From positions 28,644,001 to 28,708,000 of the forward strand of contig NC_043016.1 in assembly GCF_006345805.1 (NCBI RefSeq): 64,000 nt of DNA. The letters are read 5' to 3'. The number at the start of each line of letters is the position of its first letter. Within the stretch, counting starts at the first letter, position 1. Shown here piece after piece: positions 13,991-25,302 of this stretch. A program made the translations under genes and the position numbers. The notes below the pieces were generated by a model. That model searched no databases. It was not told where the DNA came from and worked only from the letters and a program-made list of their open reading frames with translations. Source of the stretch: Octopus sinensis. Its lineage: Eukaryota.

Positions 13991-14045
13991 TTGGGTCATC
14001 CCATAAATAATGCAGTTTTTTCATTTGCATGAACTAAAAATACCT
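13991..14045. mobile_element. Isolated TIR of the same mariner family
   Basis: ta+ttgggtcatcccataaa is identical to the reverse complement of the 53059 terminus. Confidence 0.65.
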
Positions 14046-14089
14046 TTTATGAGGCTTAATGACCTGAGTACAAACACACGCGTGCGCAT

Positions 14090-14141
<52 letters not shown>

Positions 14142-14421
14142 TCACATTCACATTTAGATGGTACTACAATGTCTGATGATCTCTTCAACCATTTTGGCAA
14201 TCTTCATACAAGTTCAGTTGTCTTTGATATTATCTTGAGAATAGGAGAATAAACTTGATGTATGCACAGCACTTGCTGACACTAATCTAGAATCTGTTGG
14301 GTCACTGTCAAATTCAACAGTTAGACTATCATTGTGTATGTGTGTAAGTGTATCATTATAATGACATATAAATATATATTTTAAAAGTATGCATAAAACT
14401 GCTTCTCTATTTATATTTCAG

Positions 14422-14569
14422 GAGTGCTTGAGTATTGGCTGTCTTCCTCAGTCCCGTTTCTTGTTAGCATGTATCGGTATACTAATGTCGCAACACCAGC
14501 CTAACAGCCTTAGTATGCTTCTCAACTCTGGCTTGTTGGGACTTAGCCAGTCTATCCTCAGATTAACGG
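14422..14569 (+). CDS. HERC2: HERC2 exon (ECLSIGCLPQSRFLL..LLNSGLLGLSQSILRLT), phase 0-1
   Basis: tttcag/gtaaaa; matches recalled SLGTIPQARFLL..LLNSGMLALTQTALRL. Confidence 0.94.
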
Positions 14570-15028
14570 GTAAAAATTCTTTATTCATTTTCTTCTTAAA
14601 TTGTACATTACATTGTCTTTGTATTTTCCGTCTCTTTTACAAGTGTTTTGCATGTATATTTTATATTTGTGTATGTGTGTCTGTGTACATATATATATAT
14701 ATTTGTGTGTGTATCTGTGCATATCTGCATATGCAAGAGTATGTGTGTGTCTGTGAGTGCATGTGTATATATTTGCATGTATTTGCGTACATATGTCTAT
14801 ACGCTTATTATATATGGTTGTATGAATTAACAGGTTATAGAAAAAATATCAGCTGTACTATTCATATAGTTTGTCAAGGGGTATTATGTAAGAGACTAAG
14901 GATAAAATGCAACAATTGGTAATTAAATTGTGTCATAAATTCATTATGATGGGTAACATTCCATCTGTATTACGATGAAATGTGTACATACTAAACAGCA
15001 CTATAATTATAAAACATTATAAACTATA

Positions 15029-15193
15029 GGCGCAGGAGTGGCTGTTTGGTAAGTAGCTTGCTAACCAACCACATGGTTCCGGGTTCAGTCCCACTGCGTG
15101 GTATCTTGGGCACGTGTCTTCTGCTATAGCCCCGGGCCGACCAATGCCTTGTGAGTGGATTTGGTAGACGGAAACTGAAAGAAGCCTGTTGTA

Positions 15194-15235
<42 letters not shown>

Positions 15236-15463
15236 TGTGTGTGAATATGTTTGTGTGTCTGTGTTTGTTCCCCTAGCATTGCTTGACAATCGATGCTGGT
15301 GTGTTTACGTCCCCGTAACTTAGCGGTTCGGCAAAAGAGACCGATAGAATAAGTACTGGGCTTACAAAGAATAAGTCCCGGGGTCGATTTGCTCGACTAA
15401 AGGCGGTGCTCCAGCATGGCCGCAGTCAAATGACTGAAACAAGTAAAAAGAGTAAAAAAGAGT
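15029..15463 (+). mobile_element. tRNA-derived SINE, abundant family A (+ copies ~2794-3160, ~31931-32309; partial ~24498-24640, ~59448-59600)
   Basis: Head ggcgcaggagtggctgt..ggttcagtcccac, internal (TA/TG)n, 3' gtcaaatgactgaaacaagtaaaag. Confidence 0.88.
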
Positions 15464-16216
15464 ATAGTCTGTGAAATGTGGATAAATACAATATGTCCAT
15501 ACTATAATATCCATACTGTGACATACTAAACTGCATTGCAGTATCATACTATGACATATACAAAACAACACTATTGTAGCTATATATATCCATGGGGCTT
15601 TCTGAATGGAATCACATTGTAAAATTACCTTGAATATTTTTAGTTGTTCAGCCTGCCTGATGATGAACCATATGTCATGTGACCCTGTTCTTGAAAATGT
15701 TTGTTGTTGCCTGGCATAGACACTTACTCTACATCACTATAGGACTGTATACTATGGCAGATACTTAGCAACACTATCATATCAATATTGTAAACAACAC
15801 AGTATATATATATATATATATATATATACTATGTAACACTATAGTAATATATATACAACAGATACTAAACAACACTGTAGTAGTCTGCTGCACGCATACT
15901 AGATAATATAGGATATATAGTGTATTTTACTATAATGTTGTATGGTATATACCTGCAGTCATTATTATCGTCATCAATAACAACATTTAACGGCCATTTT
16001 CCCAACCCATGTCAGCATGGAAAATGGACATTAAACATTGATGAGGAAGATGATGGCTGTAGGCATATATCATAAAACAATATTGTAGAATGTACTACAG
16101 CAGATACTAAACAACATTATGGTATTTGTACTATAGCATACTATAGTATTTAGCAGTAATAAGCAACACTGTAGCAATTTGAAAAAAAATTAAGAATTTT
16201 TTAAAACTTTGAACAG

Positions 16217-16392
16217 GTCGTGACCCTAATGGACCTATTCCTGATAATAGCAGTGTGATGTGTGCTGTTTTGGAAGAACATAAGGCTAAGAAACAAACAC
16301 CACCTGTCCCTATTTCTGGTCCAGAACTTGCTGCAATGATGAAAACTGGAACAAGGGTCGTGCGAGGAGCAGATTGGAAGTGGGGGGAGCAG
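16217..16392 (+). CDS. HERC2: HERC2 exon, N-half of MIB/HERC2 domain ([28 protein letters not shown]), phase 1-0
   Basis: gaacag/gtaaat; near-identical to recalled MIB/HERC2 domain motif. Confidence 0.97.
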
Positions 16393-16399
16393 GTAAATA

Positions 16400-16570
16400 T
16401 TCAGTTTTTTCCTCGTCATTGTTGTCCTTCTCTTTCTTTGTCGTCTTCTTCTCCTCCTCATCTTCCTTTGTCTCCTCTTCTTCTTTCTTTGCCTCCTCCT
16501 CCTCTTCCTCTTTCTTTGCATCCTCCTCCTCATTCCCATCATCATCATCATCATCATCATCATCATTATT
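16400..16570. repeat. Degenerate (TCT/TCC/CAT)n triplet tract
   Basis: Visible low-complexity run just after the donor at 16393; source of spurious ORFs. Confidence 0.9.
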
Positions 16571-16839
16571 ACAAGGTGTAACAAATCTAGTGTTTTGGCT
16601 GTTTGCGCACATTGATTTTTCACCATTTCATCAGTAGGCACAAGTGTGGTTAAGAAATTTGGGTTAGGGTTAGTCCCACTGCTGCACTTTGGGCAAATGG
16701 TCTTCTACTGTAGCCTTGGTCAACCAAAAATCTTGATTTGGTGGACATTTGACACATTGGTAGTTGGTTGTGTATGCACATACACACACACACACACATA
16801 CGCAAGCACACAATATATTCATTAGTTGTTAACAACAGA

Positions 16840-16878
<39 letters not shown>

Positions 16879-17787
16879 CTCTTTTGGTAGTTGGCCATGG
16901 ACATGTACACAGACACACACACACATACCCCCATATAATCGAGGAGCACAAAACACATTCTGACATAAAACTGTTAATGTATGCAATACAGTTTTCTAAG
17001 TGTTTGTTTTATTTTAACCCAAGGTCAAACCTGAATCAAAGGCTTTTCAGCTGCAACCATCCTGTCTTTCTACCAATATCTAAGACTACATTATCAATAA
17101 GTTTTTCCCCTTCTTTAAGGCTGTAGCCTGTGATTGAAGGGGCATTTGATTGCTTTTTGTTGTAAGTCAAAGGACAGGGAGTTGTTAATGGTATCTAACT
17201 CTTGTAGTCTATCTTGATTGTTTATAAGTTTAGGAGAATGATAAAAGCCATACAGATTAAGAAGAAAGCTGTTTCATATTTTGGTTTTCACAAGTTTTAA
17301 TTAACAGCCAAGTCCTAATAATTCTAAAAATTAGATCTTATAGAAAGAGAATACTAAATTAAAAAAAATTTTGTATTGTTGTGGTGACTAGCTTCACTTC
17401 ATTTTCTTCATCATCATCACCACCATCATCATCATCATCATTATCATCATTGTTTAACATCTGTTTTCCAAGCTGGTATGTGTTGGACAATTTGATAGGA
17501 ACTGCCCAAGCTCCAATTGTCTGTTTTGGCAGAGTTTCTACAACTGAATGCTCTTCCTAATGCCAACCACTTTACAGAGTGTTTTGGTTTTTTTTTTTTA
17601 TATATGTGGAACGAGTATAGGTTCTTTATATGTGGAACTGGCATGGGTGCTTTGTATGTGGCACCAGCATGGGTGCTTTATATGTGGAATGGAACCATTG
17701 TGAGTACTTTTCTACATACCACTGGCATAGATGCATTTCTATGTGGCACTGGTGCTTTTCTACATGAGTGCTCTGTACGTGACACAA

Positions 17788-18220
17788 TCATCTTCATCAT
17801 CATCATCATCATCATCGTTTAACATCCGCTTTCCATGCTGTTTGACTGGCGACTGGTGAGCCAGATGGCTGCACCAGGCTCCAATCTGATCTGGCAGGGT
17901 TTCTACAGCTGAATGCCCTTCCTAATGCCAACCACTCCGAGAGTGTAGTGAGTGCTTTTACGTGCCACCAGCTTAAGGACCAATCAGGCGGTACTGGCAA
18001 CGGCCACGCTCAAATGTTGTTTTTCACATACCACCAGCACAAGTGCCAGTAAGGCAATGCAGGTAATGATCACACTCGAATGGTGCTTTTTATGTGCCAC
18101 CAGCATGGGGGCCAGTCAGCAGCCCTGGCAATGATCACGCTCAGATGGTGCTCTTAGCGCTCCACTAGCATGGATGCTACTCATGCGGTGCTGTCATCAA
18201 ATTTGATTTCGATTTCACTT
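17788..18220 (-). mobile_element. (GAT)n-tailed SINE/RTE-tail repeat (same orientation: ~44680-44905, ~58565-58865, ~62975-63460)
   Basis: Reverse complement of the ggcgttaggaagggcatccagctgtag 3' module; internal ~55-bp subrepeats. Confidence 0.8.
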
Positions 18221-18316
18221 GCCTCAACAGGTCTTTGCAAGCAGAGTTTAGTGTCAACTAAATTAAGGCATTTTATTTCTGATGTTGATAATGATGATTT
18301 TCGCCAAAGATATTCT

Positions 18317-18866
18317 GATTTACCTTGACATATTTCCACATCTGAATCCACTATCTTCAAGGCTTAGAACATTAGCAAACCTTTTACTTAGGGTACTCCC
18401 ACTCTGTTGCTAGATAAACCTGATATCTGACTTCTATTCATGTAAATATTCAGTAATATTTCAAAAAAAAAAAAAAAAAAAAAAAACAACCTGATTTCTC
18501 AATATGATTTTTTTCTTCTTTCTTCACTTGCAGGATGGACCCCATCCTAGCGTAGGTCGAGTAATCTGTGAATTGGGAGAAGATGGCTGGATACGTGTCC
18601 AGTGGGATACAGGCAGCACAAATAGCTATAGGATGGGCAAAGAAGGCATGTATGACCTCAAATTAGCACAACCACCTCAGATGCCCGACAATGACGAAGA
18701 TGATGAAGAGGAGGTTGATACAGGTGAGTCTGTCAGATTTACCTTGATGTATTTCCATATCTGAATCAACTATCTTCAGGGCATAGAACATTACCAAACC
18801 TTTTACTTAGGGTACTCCCACTCTGTTGCTAGATAAACCTGATATCTGACTTCTATTCATGTAAAT
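18317..18866 (+). repeat. 131-bp direct repeat: 18317-18447 and 18736-18866
   Basis: 124/131 identical; last 72 nt identical. Confidence 0.95.
18534..18723 (+). CDS. HERC2: HERC2 exon, C-half of MIB/HERC2 domain ([35 protein letters not shown]), phase 0-1
   Basis: ttgcag/gtgagt; diagnostic domain motif. Confidence 0.97.
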
Positions 18867-18936
18867 TGTTTTAGTGTCATGTACCAATACATATTATATG
18901 ATAATCCAATTTTCCCATTTCTTGCTGATTCTTCAG

Positions 18937-19119
18937 GTGAACCTTCTCAACAGAAAAGCAGACATCCAACAGCCTTCATTCGGCAAGGAACAATCTCTTT
19001 ACTGCGAGTGCTCTGTCTTTGTGCCAGCATAAATGCTGAAAACATGCAGAAAGAATCGATAAGCAATCTTTGTGGATTGATCTGCACAATTGTTCATCAG
19101 ACAGTGCATAATACACCTG
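18937..19119 (+). CDS. HERC2: HERC2 exon (EPSQQKSRHPTAF..LCGLICTIV..NTP), phase 1-1
   Basis: cttcag/gtattg; matches recalled HPTAMMFTSTINLLQTLCL..LCGLLRMLV. Confidence 0.9.
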
Positions 19120-19324
19120 GTATTGTATAAATACAATAATGTGACTTTACTGTGATATTCTAGGTTGTTATTGTTGTTAGAGTTTTATTGATATAGTTGT
19201 TGTTGCAGTTAGGAGTGGTTGTTACTGGGGACATGTTAATGAAACATTCACCTTCTTTAGCTTTATGAAGGCAATAGATATATCTGTTCATTGTGTATTG
19301 TATAGTTATCCAACATATTAAATT

Positions 19325-19808
19325 GAAATTGAAATCAAATTTGATGACTGGCATCCGTGCTAGTGGAGCGCTAAAAGCACCATCCGTGCGTGATTGTTGC
19401 CAGAGCAGCTAACTGGCTTCCGTGCTGGTGGTATGCAAAGAGCACTAATCGAGTGTGATCGTTTCTTGTGTCACCCTACTGGCACTTGTGCCTGTGGCAT
19501 GTGAAAAAACATTCGAGTGAGGTCGTTGCCAGTGCTGCTGGACTGGCTCCTGTGCAGGTGGTACATAAAAAGCACCATTTGAGTATGGCCATTGCCAATA
19601 CCACCTGACTGGCCCTCGTGCCGGTGGCACATAAAAGCACCCACTACACTCTCGGAGTGGTTGGCGTTAGGAAGGGCATCCAGCTGTAGAATCTCTGCCA
19701 GATCAAGATTGGAGCCTGGTGCAGCCATCTGGTTCGCCAGTCCTCAGTCAATTCGTCCAACCCATGCTAGCATGGAAAGCAGACATTAAACGATGATGAT
19801 GATGATGA
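19325..19808 (+). mobile_element. (GAT)n-tailed SINE/RTE-tail repeat, opposite orientation to 17788-18220
   Basis: Ends ttaaacgatgatgatgat; collinear reverse complement of 17788-18220. Confidence 0.8.
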
Positions 19809-19812
19809 TTTA

Positions 19813-20763
19813 CAGGGTATTTGGGTTAAATTTCACAGTTTGCATCAAAGGAAAAGAAAATATAATATCTCATATCAACTAGGTTATGGCTGGAAAGATA
19901 AGAGTTTACTCAAAGTAGCCCCCCCCCCAACCTCAGCTTCTACCATAGCTTCAAACTTGGCGTGTGTGTTCCTCAGTGTCATTAGGAAAATCTTCAAACA
20001 CCTTCTTGATCTTGGCTGCGAGCTTGACCTTGATGTTGCATCCAGAGCAGTTGGTGTCCTTCTCAACCCTGCCCCATACATAGTGTAGCGTCACAAGCAG
20101 CCAGCGCCATATTGGATGAGATCTCGTGACAGCAATTGCCATCTCCGAGACATCACTTGCATCCATTTACCATGCAGGAGATCACAACGAGGCTCACAAT
20201 AGAAACTATATAAAAGGAAAACCCAATTCGAATCTCTCTTTTTGGCACCATTTTGTGAACACCATCACTGGCTGAGGCTTTCTGCCTGTCTATCTCCAGA
20301 AGCAATGTGCCCACACTAACGGAGCTATGTACACAATGCACACAGCTAAAGATGGTAGCTGAGAGCAGCACACTACACCTATCCTGTGAATCCTGTAAAA
20401 TAGTGTTTGTACTTGAATTCTACTCTTTTTGCCTGTCGAAAGCCTGAACTACACAAAGAACAAAAAAGATGATGGAGGAAGACGATCTTCCGATATCATA
20501 AATCTTGCCTTCCCATTATTAAAATAGTAATTCATGGGATTACAATCAAGGGAATTGGGAGGCCAGAAATTGGGGTTGGTGAAGTCGTAGAAATTCTCCT
20601 ACAATTACTTCTGACTTTTTCCCAGAGGTATGGCAAAGAACAGAATCCTGCTGCTATACATGACCTTTCAGCAGCAACCTTCTCCAGCCAGGGATTGGCC
20701 TCAGTCTCCAGCACCTTCACATTGCTGAATTGAGCCTAAGGCCCTGTTCAAAGATGTGAGGAA
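19813..20763 (-). mobile_element. Degenerate Tc1/mariner-superfamily (IS630-like) transposon, 3' half, interrupted
   Basis: Minus-strand frameshifted peptides PHIFEQGLRLNS, QQDS..HTS, FWPPNSLDCNPMNY|YVWGRVEKDTN, ..GYFE* (stop 19906-19908); TA+CAGGGT terminus at 19811-19818. Confidence 0.85.
20084..20523. mobile_element. Probable solo LTR inserted in the transposase relic
   Basis: 440-bp insert starting TGTAG, TATA-like tatataaaag at 20207-20216, flanked by duplicated ATAG (20080-20083, 20524-20527); excision restores PMNYYVWG. Confidence 0.6.
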
Positions 20764-20769
20764 GAATAC

Positions 20770-21010
20770 CTATTTCTTTATTACCCACAAGGGGCTAAAC
20801 ACAGAGGGGACAAACAAGGACAGACATAGGTATTAAGTCGATTACATCGACCCCAGTGCCTAACTGGTACTTAATTTATTGACCCCGAAAGGATGAAAGG
20901 CAAAGTCGACCTTGGCGGAATTTGAACTCACAACGTAACGCAGACGAAATACCTCTAAGCATTTCGCCCGGCGTGCTAACGTTTCTGCCAGGTCGCCGCC
21001 TTAAGAATAG
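20770..21010 (-). mobile_element. SINE with conserved central domain gactttgcctttcatcctttcggggtc (about 10 more copies, e.g. ~23265-23460, ~32665-32870, ~48375-48600, ~58045-58250)
   Basis: tRNA-like head plus recurrent central motif; superfamily not resolved. Confidence 0.78.
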
Positions 21011-21172
21011 GCGAGGAAGAATACCGGTGTGCAGATAGTAACAACATATAAATTTAATGTGGCCATTTACTGAATATGAATTTGTGTGACATTAGTATCA
21101 GTTATCAATTTTATGTGCAAATAAGTCTGTTGTGGAAAGCTGTTCTAGTCTGTTCTCTGTTCCTTGTTCCAG

Positions 21173-21363
21173 GTAATAATGCAACATTAAAGCGTGTTTG
21201 TGAAGAACAACATTTTAGTTGGTGTACTCTTGGATTCATCAGAAGTATTGCATCAAGCCCAACAATCTGTCAAGCTCTCAGTACTCCAAGATGGATTGTT
21301 TTATTGTTCAAATTGCTTTCTTCAGACCAAAGTTCTGATGTGCCAAAAAACGTCGTACGACAG
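21173..21363 (+). CDS. HERC2: HERC2 exon (EQHFSWCTLGFIRSIA..NVVRQ), phase 1-0
   Basis: ttccag/gtaatt; matches recalled EQHRSWCTLGFVRSIA. Confidence 0.95.
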
Positions 21364-21978
21364 GTAATTAAAATTATCTAAATTTAAAAACGTTCTTGCT
21401 GTTAATTGCTCACAGTTTGTACATTCATTGACTAAATGGCTTCTGCATTCACTTAACTTACTCTCTCCCTCTCTCCCCTCACACATTCACACAAACACTA
21501 TGTAGTGTTATTGTTTACAATCTTCTAATGTAGTGTTCAAAGAGATGGGAGACAATTCTTTCAGCATGAGCGGTGCCTTACATTAATCATTTATCTAAGA
21601 CAGCAACTGTTGATTATAGAAAGTTTGAATTTATTTAATGATGTGTGCAGCATAGCAGTATTACCAGGTTACAGCACGGCCTGCACTCCAGATGCTTAGA
21701 ATCAGCAATGAAATAAAAATTTACTAAAACTATTTAGAAACCTCAAGAGAACATGACATAACTTTATTTTAACTATGGAACTCAAAGTAGATAAAGTTAT
21801 AAATAATAGCATTTAAACATTGGGTTAAAAGACCATTTTGGACAGTAAAAATGTTGAAGGATAAATTGAATTATTTCACTATTTTTTATTTATTAATTAG
21901 GAAGTGGATACTAAGTATAGGGGTACGAACAAAACTTGGTTCAAATGAATGACTTGAGAGAGATGTTCAAACCGTTGT

Positions 21979-22207
21979 TTAACCTTTTAGCATTTAAACT
22001 GATTATATCCAGGCTAAATATTCTATATGCTTTATGCTCAAACTGGCCAGATCTGACCCGTCACACCTATCCTACAATGTCATTCTAAAAGTAATGAATG
22101 ACATCTTTTGAAATCTCAAAGGTATGAGGTAAGATGTGATTAATCCAAAACAATGTGAATAAATATGCCTTATATATGACAGAATAATCTGAATGCTAAA
22201 GGTTTAA
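21979..22207. mobile_element. TTAA-CC-terminated MITE (related copies ~31324-31520, ~55313-55540, partial ~13000-13265)
   Basis: ttaaccttttagcatt ... aatgctaaaggtttaa termini; shared internal sequence among copies. Confidence 0.7.
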
Positions 22208-22816
22208 GATTAAAGAATTTAGGATAAACATAAGTTTTCACCAGAGATCCATATCCAGCTCACTTCTCTTCATCACAGTTTTTGAGACATTAATACTAGA
22301 ATTCAAACTTTCAGAAGTTTTGTATATTGATACTGTGATCATTATTACAAAAAAATGTTAAAGAACTATAGGCTAAGTTTAAAAGAGAGGACTTCAGTTT
22401 AAAGTGGTTGGGTACCAAAATTATTGACTAATGCTTGAAGGAGCGATCTCTGTCTATCTCTCTCTCTCTATGTGTATATATAATGGTGTGTGAAAACATG
22501 CAAGTTTATTGAAGGTTGGTTATCCTGGTAGAAGTAGTAATAAAAGGCTTAAGATGTACAGAAACAGACAGAGGAATATTGAACCTAATACAGAAGAGAC
22601 ATTCTGTACTATAGATCAGTCCAACTAATTTCTATGGAAAACAGGTTCTTAAAACAATATAACAAACAATGGCAGTAGTAATTCTAATGAAGATATTTTC
22701 TCCAACATTGATGATTTAACAAATGATTTTTACTAGATGTTGTTCTTCAATCTGTTTGTTTTAGCAAGAAAGTTTACATCATTAAAAAAAATTTTTTTTT
22801 TTTTTAATTTAAACAG

Positions 22817-22967
22817 ATTCTAGCTCTTAGATTGTTGAAGGGAGTTCTACCTTCATGGGACAGCTCACTCGAAGCAAGCAGGATGAAAGACATTGTAGAA
22901 AAAATGTTCTCTCTTCTCGGAAATGTTCTTTTGTCTTGCTCATCTGATCCAACTTTACTTCCTCCAA
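22817..22967 (+). CDS. HERC2: HERC2 exon (ILALRLLKGVLPSWD..CSSDPTLLPP), phase 0-1
   Basis: aaacag/gtaaga; matches recalled ILAVHLLQAVLPSWD..CSSDVPLL. Confidence 0.94.
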
Positions 22968-24019
22968 GTAAGAAAACTTATTTCTCTTCTCATTATTGTC
23001 ATGACCATTTTTAGGATGATGGTGGTTGGTGACAATGGTATGGGTAATGATAATGACATGGTGGTATTGGCTTGTTTAAGATGATGTTTTGGTGGTGGTG
23101 ATGATGATGATGATGATGATAATGGTAGTGATAATGCTGGTGATGATGTTGCTGATAATAATGATGATGTCTCTGCAACAATGTTAGAATTTGCATAGGA
23201 TTAATATTTAATTTGTAGTTAAACTTTGAATTGCTTGTTAAATGTTAATTAGTAGTAATATTGGTTTCAAATTTTGGCACAAAACCAGCAGTTTTGGGGA
23301 AGTAGTAGATCGATTACATCGAACCCAGTGGTCAACTTGGTACTTATTTTATCAACTCCAAAAGGATGACAGGCAAAGTTGATCTCTGCGGAATTTGAAC
23401 TCAGGATACCGCTAAGCATTTTGTGCGGCATTCTAACAATTCTACCAGCTCAACGCCTTAATTAGTAGTAATATTAATTAGTAATATATACTTCTTATTT
23501 AGTATTAAGTCTTTTGCTCTTTAGTAACCTGACAATCACTGAACAAAACATAATTCCTGTTGGCTGAGTAATGATAAAATTATATCACAGGATTAGTTGC
23601 TGTTGGACCTGGGCTGTGGCATAGAATTCTTTCCCACCATTCGCATGCATGCATACATGCATACAGATATCCAAAAAGTAGAGGATGTGGATTAGTGATA
23701 AAGTGCCAAACTAATTTGAGATTTTTATTAATTTATGGTACTGTGATCAAGGTATCTCACAGTTTGAGGAAATTATTATTGTATAAGCCCTATATTTTCA
23801 TGGGTAAAATTATGTTACATGTCTACTGTGATTGGTGGAGATAGGTAATTAAATGAGTGGACAAACAGAATACATTGATAAAGTTTTTTTGCGCCAGATT
23901 TCTTAAATCGGATCCCTGGTTTTCTTTTTACTGAATTTCTATAGAAATAATTTGCAAATAAAAACTGATTACATAGGTAAATGAAATAATTATAAAATGT
24001 TCACATTTAATTTTTACAG

Positions 24020-24222
24020 GTGATACTCTTAGGAAAGGCCATCGCGGGCGACCACCTGTGACGATCACTGCTTCATATTCCAGTACTGTAGCTGATGAAA
24101 TTGTGTCAACAATTAGGAAACTTCATCTGTTAGATGGCTGGAATGCACACATCAACTCTTATATTATCTCCAAGTTAGGAATGATTGAAGATATGGTCTG
24201 TGATAAGAGTAAATCCTCCATG
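24020..24222 (+). CDS. HERC2: HERC2 exon (TITASYSSTVADEIV..WNAHINSYI..KSSM), phase 1-0
   Basis: ttacag/gtaaga; matches recalled SLTATHSSTLAEEVV..WNGLINKYI. Confidence 0.94.
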
Positions 24223-24959
24223 GTAAGATCACACACATATATAAACTAATACATATATATATAAATATATATATATGTATGTATGTGTGTGTATGTGTGT
24301 ATGTATGTATGTGTGTATGTATATATGTATGTGCGTGTGTATGTATGTATGCATGTCTGTATGTATGTGTAAATTTTTTTACTCTCTTTTTCTCTTTCTC
24401 ACCCACTCACCCTCTCTCTCTCTCTCCCCATGTATGTATGTGTGTGTGTATGTATGTACGTATGTGTGTGTGTGCGTGTATGTATGTATGTATGCATGCA
24501 GGTGTAAGAAGCTTGTTTCCTAACAACATGATTCTGGGTTCAGTTCCAGTTCTGCACCATGGCAACTTGGGCAAGTGTCTTCTGCTATAGTGCTAGGCTG
24601 ACCAAAGCCTTGCGAGTCAGTTTGGTAGATGGAAACTGAAAGAAACCTGTCATATATATATATATATATATATATATACATTTATGTGTGTGTACGTTTG
24701 TGTCTCCTTGTCTTGATTTCATGTGATAGTTGTAGTCAAGAGTCACTGTCATGTATGCGTTGTCCTTTGTTTCCAATATTCTCTGAAAGCATGTCTTGTC
24801 ATAAGGAAATATTACCTTACTTGGAAACAAGTGAGAGGAAGAGTATCTGGCTGTACAAAATTCATCTCAGCAAATTCTGTACACCCTGTGTGAGCATTGG
24901 AAATGTGAGCGTTAAAACGATGGTAATGATGATATTAAGTCAAAGGATGGAATGTACAA

Positions 24960-25302
24960 TCTAAGACCCCCTTCAGTCATGACACAGACCATGGGATTGC
25001 ACCTAGAAACTTACCCTCCCAGGCGCAAGTCCGGACAAGGTTGTTTATGGAAGACTAGAAGTTGCCCATGCATACCAGCCTCCCCCCCCTCCATGCCACC
25101 AGCGTTATCCAAGGGAGAGGCAAAGGCCAATACAGTTTGGCACCTGTGATGTCACAACTCATTTCTACAGCTGAGTAAACTGGAGCAATGTGAAATAAAA
25201 TGTCTTGCTCAAGAACACAACATGCAACCTGGTCTGGGATTCGAGCTCACAACTTCACGATCGTAAGCTCAACACTCTAACCACTGAGCCATGCGCTTTC
25301 AC
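24960..25302 (-). mobile_element. tRNA-derived SINE with CORE-like segment (second copy ~80-412)
   Basis: Shared body and gagcaatgtgaaataaa..tcttgctcaagaacac segment; tRNA-like head at the right end. Confidence 0.8.

Noticed and set aside
14570-14922. Long extension of ORF 14389-14922 (similarly 40625-41017, 24275-24590, 10001-10314)
   Set aside because: Read-through into (TG)n/(TA)n microsatellites lacking stop codons.
15657-15700. ctgatga..gttcttgaaa hammerhead-like motif
   Set aside because: Extra bases on both sides of stem II and no stem I or III; compatible with chance in AT-rich DNA.
15500-16180. Region rich in actatag / cagatactaaacaacac motifs
   Set aside because: A degenerate minisatellite with no consistent period or structure I could define.
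16201-16641. Overlapping poly-M/R/K/E/D/S ORFs on both strands
   Set aside because: They are translations of a triplet microsatellite; only 16217-16392 is a supported exon.
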